The notes beneath the pieces were generated by a model, which was not told the origin of the DNA, made no database searches, and worked only from the letters and a program-made list of their open reading frames with translations. A program made the translations under genes and the position numbers. Below, piece after piece: positions 10,073 through 18,021 of a stretch of DNA of 64,000 bases. The DNA is taken from positions 172,481 to 236,480 of the forward strand of contig CAVZPM010000001.1 of the NCBI GenBank assembly GCA_963777155.1, written 5' to 3'. Each line of letters opens with the position of its first letter. The stretch's first letter is position 1. The stretch is from Candidatus Bathyarchaeota archaeon (lineage in GTDB: Archaea > Thermoproteota > Bathyarchaeia > Bathyarchaeales > Bathycorpusculaceae).

Positions 10073-10116
10073 TGTTCCTGTATGAGAACACAATGTTCCT
10101 TGAGTAGAACTAAATG
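10073..10116. promoter_or_regulatory. Palindromic module D
   Basis: TGTTCCTGTATGAGAACA then TGTTCCTTGAGTAGAACTAAATG. The second box matches 5061-5079 at 18 of 19 positions and lies 57 nt (versus 58 nt) before the start codon. Confidence 0.68.
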
Positions 10117-10150
10117 CCACACTAACGTCATTGTTTCAGTGTGATGGAGC

Positions 10151-11035
10151 ATGAAAAAGGCAGGAGTTCTGACCACAACCTTCGTTTTAGTCCTTTTTCT
10201 TTTAGCCTCATTCTTCATTGACCTTCAAACCGCTAAGGCACAACCAAGGATTTCGTCGCCTGCCCAGACTATGGAAGATGAGCCCTACTCTTACGGTATC
10301 AATATCAGTTCTCCAACTAACACTACCTACAGCTCAAATTCATTATTGCTAAACGTCACAGTAAGACGCCCGGTTAGCCCAAACGATTACGAATTCAAAA
10401 TAATGTATAGCCTAAATGGAGATGCTAACGTCACTGTCCCGTCAACAGCAACCTTCTATGATAAGTCCACTCCAGATAGCATCCAGAGTTTCCTTGCCTC
10501 CTACACCTTAGCAAAAGGCGTTGCTTCTTTGTCCAACCTTTCAGAGGGTTCATATTACCTAACAGTCTATGGAATATATGAGCACAGAGGTCCGACAGCA
10601 GGAACAAATTGGCCAGCGGTAATGCATGACATCCAAACAGTCTATTTTTTGATAAATGACGGCGTTCCTCCATCCATAAAAACACTGCAAATTCAAAATG
10701 TAACTTACGAAAATATTTTGCCGTTAAATTTCAGTGTTGATGATCCAATTAGTTGGATGGGTTACAGTTTAGATGAGAAAGCAAACGTCACCTTTACTGG
10801 GAATACGACCCTAAGCGGGTTGGCGTATGGGTCTCATGTTTTGGCGGTTTATGCAAACGACACCTTTGGAAACATGGGAACAACCGGAAACCTGAATTTC
10901 ACCATAGCGAATCCCGTTGCTTTCCCCACGGTTCAGACGGTTCCTGTGGCGTTTGTTTTAATTGCTATTGTCATTGTGGCGGCTGCTAGTTTACTGTTCT
11001 ACCACAAAAAACACAAACGCAAAGGTGTTTTCTAG
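10151..11035 (+). CDS. Surface protein 7: two Ig-like domains, TM anchor
   Basis: AKA/QP signal; LSEGSYYLTVYG, SWMGYSLD, LAYGSHVLAVYANDTFGN; AFPT + TM + HKKHKRK. Confidence 0.8.
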   Translation: MKKAGVLTTTFVLVLFLLASFFIDLQTAKAQPRISSPAQTMEDEPYSYGINISSPTNTTYSSNSLLLNVTVRRPVSPNDYEFKIMYSLNGDANVTVPSTATFYDKSTPDSIQSFLASYTLAKGVASLSNLSEGSYYLTVYGIYEHRGPTAGTNWPAVMHDIQTVYFLINDGVPPSIKTLQIQNVTYENILPLNFSVDDPISWMGYSLDEKANVTFTGNTTLSGLAYGSHVLAVYANDTFGNMGTTGNLNFTIANPVAFPTVQTVPVAFVLIAIVIVAAASLLFYHKKHKRKGVF

Positions 11036-11051
11036 ATATTTTTTCTAAATA

Positions 11052-11321
11052 TTAGAGCATTTTTGAGAAATCATCATACACTTTACTTCTATGGTCTACA
11101 AAAAGAATGACTACTTGTTTTTTGTCTCGATCTATCTCGTAGATTACTCGATAGTCGCCTACTCTTAGGCTCCAGAAATCTGATTGCTTTAGAGCTTTTC
11201 CGATTTTGTCGGGGTTTTCACGTAGTTGCTTTGCGCTCTCGATTATTCTTGTGCGGATATGTCTTTCAGTTTTTTGGAGTTCTTTTGCTGCTTTAGGGTG
11301 TAGGAGTACTTTGAAGCTCAC
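11052..11321 (-). CDS. RelE/ParE family toxin
   Basis: FKVLLHPKAAKEL..SLRVGDYRVIYEI..VDHRSKVY. Confidence 0.9.
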   Translation of the reverse strand: MSFKVLLHPKAAKELQKTERHIRTRIIESAKQLRENPDKIGKALKQSDFWSLRVGDYRVIYEIDRDKKQVVILFVDHRSKVYDDFSKML

Positions 11322-11548
11322 TCTATTTCCTCTATGGGGATGAGGGATTCTGGGTGTTGTTTTGCTTCTTCGCTTCGCTTCATGAGCATGTTAAAGAAGA
11401 CGCATGTTTTTTCGCGTTCTTGGTAGTGTGATATGATTGATTTTATGGCGTCGCTTCGATTTTTGAAGCGTCCTTCTGCTACCCAATTGTCTATTTCTTC
11501 GAGGGTTTTTCGTGGAAGACGCAATTGTACTTGAGCCAAATAAACCAC
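11318..11548 (-). CDS. Ribbon-helix-helix antitoxin
   Basis: VQLRLP..LEEIDNWVAEGRFKNRSDAIK RHH pattern; overlaps the toxin start. Confidence 0.85.
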   Translation of the reverse strand: MVYLAQVQLRLPRKTLEEIDNWVAEGRFKNRSDAIKSIISHYQEREKTCVFFNMLMKRSEEAKQHPESLIPIEEIE

Positions 11549-11568
11549 TGTAAACAGTACTGTTTACA
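11549..11568. promoter_or_regulatory. Perfect 20-bp palindrome, probable TA autoregulatory operator
   Basis: TGTAAACAGTACTGTTTACA lies between a minus-strand TTTAAG TATA-like box (~11574-11579) and the antitoxin start. Confidence 0.75.
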
Positions 11569-11643
11569 ATCCACTTAAACATTTCCTTAGCATCCCTTTA
11601 GATGCACAAACTTGGATAAGTGGCTGCATAACTGGAAGAGGTC

Positions 11644-11955
11644 TTAGATAACATAGGTTTCTTGTATGGTTACTAAGCCGTTGTCACCCACAATTAACTT
11701 TAGATCAGGCAATAGTGGTTCAAGCTTCTCTTGAGTGTCAACCACTTCGATAATCAACGGCATATTTACCTGCACACCCTCGAGGTGCATTGTTGATTTT
11801 CCGCGTTTGCCAAACCCGTTTACACCAGTCCAAACGGTGGCGCCTTCGATGTGCGCTTTCATGAGGCAATCCATAATGAGTGCTTGCAGCCGTTTGCCGC
11901 CGACTTCATCGTTCTTCTTGATTCTGATGGTTAAATTCCACATTTTTTGTCTCAA
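11644..11955 (-). CDS. DUF190 PII-like protein
   Basis: GATVWTGVNGFGKRG..MPLIIEVVD..GLVT; typical partner of crcB/fluc. Confidence 0.88.
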   Translation of the reverse strand: MRQKMWNLTIRIKKNDEVGGKRLQALIMDCLMKAHIEGATVWTGVNGFGKRGKSTMHLEGVQVNMPLIIEVVDTQEKLEPLLPDLKLIVGDNGLVTIQETYVI

Positions 11956-12341
11956 CGCACAAACCTCGCCATGATTTCGTCGCCAAGTAGTCTGCCGCCA
12001 AACACCGCTCCAAGCGACAAGCCCACGTTTGCTAGAATGTTTAGTGCCAGCAGGCTAAAACGGTTGCTGTCAAACAGGTTGCTGGTTTCCAGCGCGAAGG
12101 AAGACATGGTTGTGAAGGAACCGCAGAACCCAACCGCTACGAGCAAGGTGTACTGTGGATCCAAATTTAACCCAACTGACATGATTGAGAACAAGCCCAA
12201 GATAAAACTGCCAATTACGTTAACTGCCAACACGTTGACGGGCAACCCATAAAACGCCACTGGAGACTCAACCATTTTGTAACGTAGAAAAGCACCTACA
12301 ACTGCGCCTACCGCCAAGAGAGCAAACTCGATCCACTTCAT
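11952..12341 (-). CDS. crcB: Fluoride channel Fluc/CrcB
   Basis: GAVVGAFLRY, NVIGSFILG, GFCGSFTTMSSF; 4 TM helices. Confidence 0.95.
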   Translation of the reverse strand: MKWIEFALLAVGAVVGAFLRYKMVESPVAFYGLPVNVLAVNVIGSFILGLFSIMSVGLNLDPQYTLLVAVGFCGSFTTMSSFALETSNLFDSNRFSLLALNILANVGLSLGAVFGGRLLGDEIMARFVR

Positions 12342-12363
12342 ATGCTTACCTTCCAATTGTTAG

Positions 12364-12427
12364 GTAGGCATTATCAGCACCCGTTGCGGCTGCGGTTTTG
12401 GCGTTTGCCACGGCTAATGCCATAGCC
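12364..12427 (-). promoter_or_regulatory. Fluoride riboswitch (crcB motif)
   Basis: Minus strand GGCTA-TGGCAT-TAGCC..AAAACCGC..GCTGATAATGCCTAC: P1 stem, loop GGCAT pairing with 3' ATGCC (pseudoknot), AAACCGC and GCTGAT consensus. Lies directly upstream of crcB and downstream of a TTTTAATA TATA box. Confidence 0.9.
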
Positions 12428-12565
12428 AAACACCCTTGCAGCTTTTAGTTATTAAAACTTTATCGCCTAAAAACACAAATTGTGTCTTCCGATTGAGCGT
12501 TTGTTTTTGATGATGAGCTAATGCTATATATTACCTGATTTAATACTTCAAAGTGGATTAGAAAC

Positions 12566-13492
12566 ATGGCTGTTCAAAACTCCGATGTAGCAGTGGTTGG
12601 TCACTTCTCGATCGACACCATCAATTTACCGAGCAGAACAGCCCCCTTTGTTATCGTAGGCGGCGCAGCAACCTACACTTCAATGGCTGCTAGATGTTTA
12701 GATGCCACCGTTTCGGTTATCTCTAAGGTTGGTGGGAACTTTCCGCAAGCATACCTTTGGTGGCTAAGCCAAGAAGGCATCGACGTTTCCGCCGTCACAA
12801 AAATTGCAGGGGAGCAGACAACCTGCTTTGAGCTTACCTACAGCAAAGACCTCTCCGAACGCACCTTAAAGCTCAAGAGCAAAGGACCGCCCCTAAGCCC
12901 TAAGGATGTGCCCAAGGATTTTCATGCAAAAGCAGTTCACATTGCCCCTATAGCCAACGAAATTCCCTTTGAATTAGTGGAAGAACTCAAGCAACGTGCT
13001 GATCTTTTGTCGCTTGACCCGCAGGGTTTGCTTCGAAGCTTCGACGTTGATGGGAACGTCTCGAACAACGCCGAAATAGACAATCGAATCTTTGGTCTAA
13101 TCAACATCTACAAGTCCTCCCAAAACGAAATCTACGCATTAACTGGTGAATCAGAACTTAAACCCGCAATAAAGGCAATCCACGATGTAGGCGTTGAAAC
13201 AGTCCTAGTAACAATGGGCGCCAAAGGTTCCGTACTATCAGTCGAAGGAGCCCAATACAATATTGACGCTTGCCCTTCACAGGTTCTTGTTGACCCAACA
13301 GGCGCAGGAGACGTCTTCATCGGTGCCTTCCTGACCGAGTATCTGCGGCAAAAAGAATCCCTGTGGTGTGCCAGTGTCGGTTCAGCTGCAGCATCATGCG
13401 TTGTTGAGGGGATAGGTCCCACTTACTTTGGCAAAAAAGAAGAGATCTATCGAAGAGCCACAGAGTTGTATGAAAAGAAACTTAAGCAATAG
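12566..13492 (+). CDS. PfkB/ribokinase-family carbohydrate kinase
   Basis: GGAATY N-terminal motif; DPTGAGDVFIGAF signature. Confidence 0.9.
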   Translation: MAVQNSDVAVVGHFSIDTINLPSRTAPFVIVGGAATYTSMAARCLDATVSVISKVGGNFPQAYLWWLSQEGIDVSAVTKIAGEQTTCFELTYSKDLSERTLKLKSKGPPLSPKDVPKDFHAKAVHIAPIANEIPFELVEELKQRADLLSLDPQGLLRSFDVDGNVSNNAEIDNRIFGLINIYKSSQNEIYALTGESELKPAIKAIHDVGVETVLVTMGAKGSVLSVEGAQYNIDACPSQVLVDPTGAGDVFIGAFLTEYLRQKESLWCASVGSAAASCVVEGIGPTYFGKKEEIYRRATELYEKKLKQ

Positions 13493-13531
13493 CATCATAT
13501 GTACGTAGTTAAACTTGACGAGGCATTGATT

Positions 13532-13732
13532 ATGGGGCGTATAGACAAAGGAGAAAAATGCAGCGTTTGCGGCAAAATCGCAGAGCGTTCATTATCAGCT
13601 GACAAAGTTAAGGCTGCCGGATTAAGTGTTGGCAGCGCAGATAAACGTGCTTACCTCTGCAAAGACCACTACAAAGAGTTCAAGAAGAAAACCAAGAAAG
13701 ACAAAACCCTAGATAAATGGCGTTACGGTTAA
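13532..13732 (+). CDS. Small basic zinc-finger protein
   Basis: CSVCG...YLCKDHYKEFKK (C2-CH ligands), Lys-rich; directly upstream of thrS. Confidence 0.7.
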   Translation: MGRIDKGEKCSVCGKIAERSLSADKVKAAGLSVGSADKRAYLCKDHYKEFKKKTKKDKTLDKWRYG

Positions 13733-13744
13733 AGAGGCATCTAT

Positions 13745-15643
13745 ATGCGAATTTTACAGTTACACTCTAACTTTATAGTTTTCAAACCCGTCGAAAAAGA
13801 AATCAACATTGCCGAAGAGGCTGAAAAGGTTGAGAACCGCGTTGAAGAAGTCGTCGTGCTCTTCACTGCCATAGAAGAAGGCGACAACTCCGCGATGGCG
13901 CAGAAAGCCATCAACGACGTCAGAGCTTTCTTGGGTAAACTCAAAGTTAACCGCATCCTCATCTACCCGTTTGCTCACCTCAGCAGCAACCTCTCCCAGC
14001 CCAGCGAAGCCCTAAAAATAATCAAGGACATGGAAGCATACGCCAAAGAGAAAGGCATCGAAACCTACCGTGCCCCATTTGGCTGGAACAAACAGTTCAC
14101 CTTATCCATCAAGGGACATCCGCTTGCTGAGCAAGCCCGCAGCTATGCTCCTTCACCGGTCGCAACTGAAGCCCAAGCTGTCTGCGAGGGCAAAAAAGAG
14201 GAAGAACCCGTCTCTGCTGCTCTGAAAGCCGAAGACACTATGAAATCTTACTGGCACATTCTTCAAACTGACGGCTCCTTGGTGCCCGTTGAAGAGTTCA
14301 AGTTTAAAGGGCACGTTAATCTCCAAAAGTTCTCTCAGTACGAAATCAAAAAGACCCGTGCAGTCACAGTTATGCCACCCCACGTGCCATTGATGAAGCG
14401 GCTGGAAATCGCCGATTACGAACCCGGCAGCGACCCAGGCAACATCCGCTGGTACCCCAAGGGACGCATGATAAAATCACTACTCGAACAGTACGTTACT
14501 AACCGGGTTGCCGCTTACGGAGGCATGGAAGTCGAAACCCCCCTAATGTACGACTTCAACCATCCCAGCCTCAAAAGCTACCTAAACCGCTTCCCAGCAC
14601 GCCAATACGTCCTCAAATCCGAAGACAAAGAGCTCTTCCTCAGGTTTGCAGCATGCTTCGGCCAATTTCTGATGGCGCACGATGCCCAGTTCAGCTACAA
14701 ACAGATGCCCATAAAACTCTACGAACTTACCCGCTACAGTTTCCGCCGAGAAAAAAGCGGTGAAGTCGTTGGCTTAAAACGACTACGTGCATTCACCATG
14801 CCTGACTGCCATGCATTGTGCACTGACCTTGAACAAGCCAAAAAAGAATTCATGATACGCTTCGACCTATGCATCGATGTTCTTGCAAACATCGGCTTAG
14901 TCAAAGACGACTACGAGATTGCCATGCGTTTCACTAAAGACTTCTACGCTGAACACAAAGACTTCATAACGGAGCTGGCACAGAAATTCGGCAAACCCAT
15001 CTTAGCAGAGGTTTGGAACGAACGATTCTTCTATTTCGCCCTGAAATGGGACCTTAACTTCATCGATAACCAGGACAAAGCCGCTGCACTTAGCACTGAC
15101 CAAATCGACGTCGAAAACGCCAAACGCTACGAAATAACCTTCGTCGACGAAAAGGGTGAGAAACAGTATCCGCTGATTCTGCATTGTAGCCCAAGTGGCG
15201 CTATTGAACGAGATATCTATGCGTTGCTGGAAAAGGCTTATCGTGAACAGATGGCGGGTAAAGCTCCGATGCTTCCGCTGTGGCTGTCGCCAACCCAGGT
15301 CAGGCTTATCCCGATTTCCGATAAATTCCTCGACAAGATGCAGGAGCTCGCAACACAAATCAGTGCCCACTGCATCCGAGTTGACATCGACGACTCATCA
15401 TCAACGTTGCAGAAGAAGATACGTGAAGCCGAGCAGGAATGGATCCCCTACATCATTGTTGTCGGCGAGAAAGAGATTGAATCTGGCAAGCTTTCAGTTA
15501 GAGTCCGTGAGCTTAAAGGTCAACAGCAAAACCTCACCACTGAACAGCTGATAGAGACCATTTCAGAAAAAATTGCAGGCAAACCCTACAAGCCATTGCC
15601 GTTGCCGCTGCTCATGTCGAAGCGTCCGCAGTTCCACGGTTAA
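13745..15643 (+). CDS. thrS: Threonyl-tRNA synthetase, archaeal type with N-terminal editing domain
   Basis: MRILQLHS..YPFAHLSSNL..RAPFGWNKQF..KGHPLAE; LRFAACFGQF; LRAFTMPDCH; LHCSPSGAIER. Confidence 0.97.
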   Translation: MRILQLHSNFIVFKPVEKEINIAEEAEKVENRVEEVVVLFTAIEEGDNSAMAQKAINDVRAFLGKLKVNRILIYPFAHLSSNLSQPSEALKIIKDMEAYAKEKGIETYRAPFGWNKQFTLSIKGHPLAEQARSYAPSPVATEAQAVCEGKKEEEPVSAALKAEDTMKSYWHILQTDGSLVPVEEFKFKGHVNLQKFSQYEIKKTRAVTVMPPHVPLMKRLEIADYEPGSDPGNIRWYPKGRMIKSLLEQYVTNRVAAYGGMEVETPLMYDFNHPSLKSYLNRFPARQYVLKSEDKELFLRFAACFGQFLMAHDAQFSYKQMPIKLYELTRYSFRREKSGEVVGLKRLRAFTMPDCHALCTDLEQAKKEFMIRFDLCIDVLANIGLVKDDYEIAMRFTKDFYAEHKDFITELAQKFGKPILAEVWNERFFYFALKWDLNFIDNQDKAAALSTDQIDVENAKRYEITFVDEKGEKQYPLILHCSPSGAIERDIYALLEKAYREQMAGKAPMLPLWLSPTQVRLIPISDKFLDKMQELATQISAHCIRVDIDDSSSTLQKKIREAEQEWIPYIIVVGEKEIESGKLSVRVRELKGQQQNLTTEQLIETISEKIAGKPYKPLPLPLLMSKRPQFHG

Positions 15644-15737
15644 TAAAGCCGTTGTAAACGATTCATATGTATCATTGAGGTAAACTATATCAAACAATTG
15701 GACAATATGAAACAGTGATCCAAGGAGTGGAAAACAA

Positions 15738-16623
15738 ATGACCAACGAATTACAAGTCTACATCGACGGCGAATTCTACCCTAAGTCACAGGCTAAAATC
15801 TCCGTCTACGACCACGGATTCCTCTACGGCGACGGCGTTTTCGAGGGAATCCGCGAATACAACGGCGTGGTCTTCAAACTAAAAGAGCACATCGACCGTC
15901 TATACCGTAGTGCACACGCAATAATGCTGGCCATTCCCATAACCAAAGCGGAAATGACCAAAGCCGTCGTTGAAACTTTGCACAGGAACAAAATGAAAGA
16001 TTCCTACATCCGCTTAATTGTCTCACAGAGGAGTCGGCGACCTGGGATTGGACCCGCGCAAATGTCCAAAACCAACAACAATAATCATAACTGACACCAT
16101 CAACATCAAGTCTGGCAACGCAAAAGAAGTCGGCGTAACCACCATGTTTAGTTGGGTTCGCCGAAACCCAGTCGATGCAACTACACACGAAATAAAATCA
16201 CTAAACTACCTAAACAGCGTTCTAGCAAAAATTGAAGCCAACGCATGCGGCGTCGACGAAGCCATATGCCTTGAAAGCAACGGTTACATCGCAGAAGGCG
16301 TAGGCGAAAATGTCTTCATCGTCAAAGACGGAGAAGTCTTTACACCACCCACCTCAACAGGTGCTCTTGCAGGCATTACCGCAGATGTCGTTGCTGAACT
16401 GTGCGCAAAACTTGGCATAGACCTCATTATTACTAACCTGACACCGTTTATGCTGTTCACTGCTGACGAAGCATTCTTCACTGGAACAGCTATGGAGATG
16501 GTTCCCATACGTGAAGTCAACAAACGCCAAATCGGAAACGGAAAGCCGGGACCTATAACAAAGAAGCTGATGGCTGAGTTCCAGAAAGTAATCGAAGACC
16601 CCAAAAACGGCACAAAAATCTAA
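15738..16623 (+). CDS. ilvE: Branched-chain amino acid aminotransferase (joined across a frameshift near 16025)
   Basis: [41 protein letters not shown]. Confidence 0.93.
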
Positions 16624-16630
16624 TTTTTTT

Positions 16631-17866
16631 CTAACCGTGGCCCACATGGCTACGGCTTATTTTTTGTTTATTTTTCATGAACTGTTCCAGACGGTTGAAT
16701 GCTTCTTCAAGCACTTCGCAGGGAGGCAGGAAGACGATTCTTGCATGGTCTTTACCGTACACTGGGTCAAATCCTGAGCCATTTACAATCAGAACGCCTG
16801 TTTCTCTAAGGAGTTGCACGACGAATTCCATGTCGGTTTTCCATCTTGTGCCAACTTCATGGATTTTTGGGAATATGTAGAAGGCGCCTTCGGGTTTGGT
16901 TGCGCTGATTCCCTCGATTTCATTTAGGCGTTTCCAAGCGTAGTCGCGTCTTTCGCGAAGCTTTTCAACGATACCTTTGACAAAGTCTTGTGGACCATTA
17001 AGCGCAGCTGCACCAGCTATTTGTACTGGTGTGTTGGCGCAGAGGCGGATGCGGCATTGCTTCTCAACTCCTAAGCGGAGGTCTTCAAGGACTTTGCCTT
17101 CACCCTTGAAGTACATATAGCCAAGTCGCCAGCCAGTCATCTGATAAACTTTGGAGAACCCGTTCAAACCCACTACAGGCACGTCTTTGGCCAAGTGAGC
17201 AGCACTGACAAATTCCTTTTCATAAGTTAATTGATCATAAATCTCGTCGGAGAGAACAGGCAGGTTGTGTTCGCCTGCGATGTCAAGCATTTCCTTTATC
17301 ATTTTGCCGCTGTACACTGCACCTGTTGGGTTGTTTGGGTTGGTTATGACGATGGCGCGGGTTTTAGGCGAGATTTTGCTACGAAGGTCATCGATGTTTG
17401 GTATCCAGCCTTCCTTTTCGATGGTTTCGTAGGAAACTGGGGTGCCCTCGAAGAATTTGGTGTAGGAAATGTAGGGTGGATAAGTTGGTCCTGGAAAGAG
17501 GATTTCGTCGCCTTTCTCAACCAGTGCAGCCAATATCATCTGGATGCCTTCGGAAATGCCCTCGGTGATTATGACGTTGCCTGCGGTTATGTCTATGTTG
17601 TTGACTCGTTTTTCTTTTCGTACTATGGCTTCTCGAAGTTCAGGTCTGCCCTCTGACTGAGAATAATAATTATCGTCTTGGTCGATCGCTTTGCAAAGGG
17701 CATCTTTCACATACTGGGGCGTTTTAAAGTCGAATGCGGCGGGGTCGCCGATGTTTAGGTAATAGATTTTTTTACCGTTCTTTATGAGCTCTTGAGTGTG
17801 AACTATAACGTCTCGTATGGCATACTCTATGTTGCTTGCCCTTTTCGTGACCTTAACGTGCGCCAA
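16631..17866 (-). CDS. Class I/II PLP aminotransferase (alanine aminotransferase-like)
   Basis: EYAIRD, LNIGDP, NPNNPTGAVY, SDEIYD, NGFSKVYQMTGWRLGY. Confidence 0.9.
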   Translation of the reverse strand: MAHVKVTKRASNIEYAIRDVIVHTQELIKNGKKIYYLNIGDPAAFDFKTPQYVKDALCKAIDQDDNYYSQSEGRPELREAIVRKEKRVNNIDITAGNVIITEGISEGIQMILAALVEKGDEILFPGPTYPPYISYTKFFEGTPVSYETIEKEGWIPNIDDLRSKISPKTRAIVITNPNNPTGAVYSGKMIKEMLDIAGEHNLPVLSDEIYDQLTYEKEFVSAAHLAKDVPVVGLNGFSKVYQMTGWRLGYMYFKGEGKVLEDLRLGVEKQCRIRLCANTPVQIAGAAALNGPQDFVKGIVEKLRERRDYAWKRLNEIEGISATKPEGAFYIFPKIHEVGTRWKTDMEFVVQLLRETGVLIVNGSGFDPVYGKDHARIVFLPPCEVLEEAFNRLEQFMKNKQKISRSHVGHG

Positions 17867-18021
17867 ACTGTGTTACCTGTAACCAGAACACTTGATAGCC
17901 CAAAAAATAAATGTTCCTAACATCAAAACTTGTAGTTAGGTTAGACAAACACCAAAAATGGTTTTCAGCACATTTTTATTCCCGATTCCCCTAAAGTACA
18001 AATCGTTTTTGGTGAATGATA

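Noticed and set aside
5000-11050. Classical integron (attC) cassette array
   Set aside because: No integrase in the window, several genes overlap with no spacer, and I found no RYYYAAC..GTTRRRY long hairpins
5000-11050. CRISPR array or diversity-generating retroelement
   Set aside because: No regularly spaced direct repeats, no reverse transcriptase, and no TR/VR pair noticed
11037-11053. Exact 17-bp repeat TATTTTTTCTAAATATT also at 46577-46593
   Set aside because: Low-complexity AT-rich intergenic sequence, plausible by chance; the interval is core genes, not an element
12510-12538. C/D box sRNA (ATGATGA..CTGA)
   Set aside because: Only 18 nt between the boxes, no C'/D' pair, and it overlaps the pfkB TATA box
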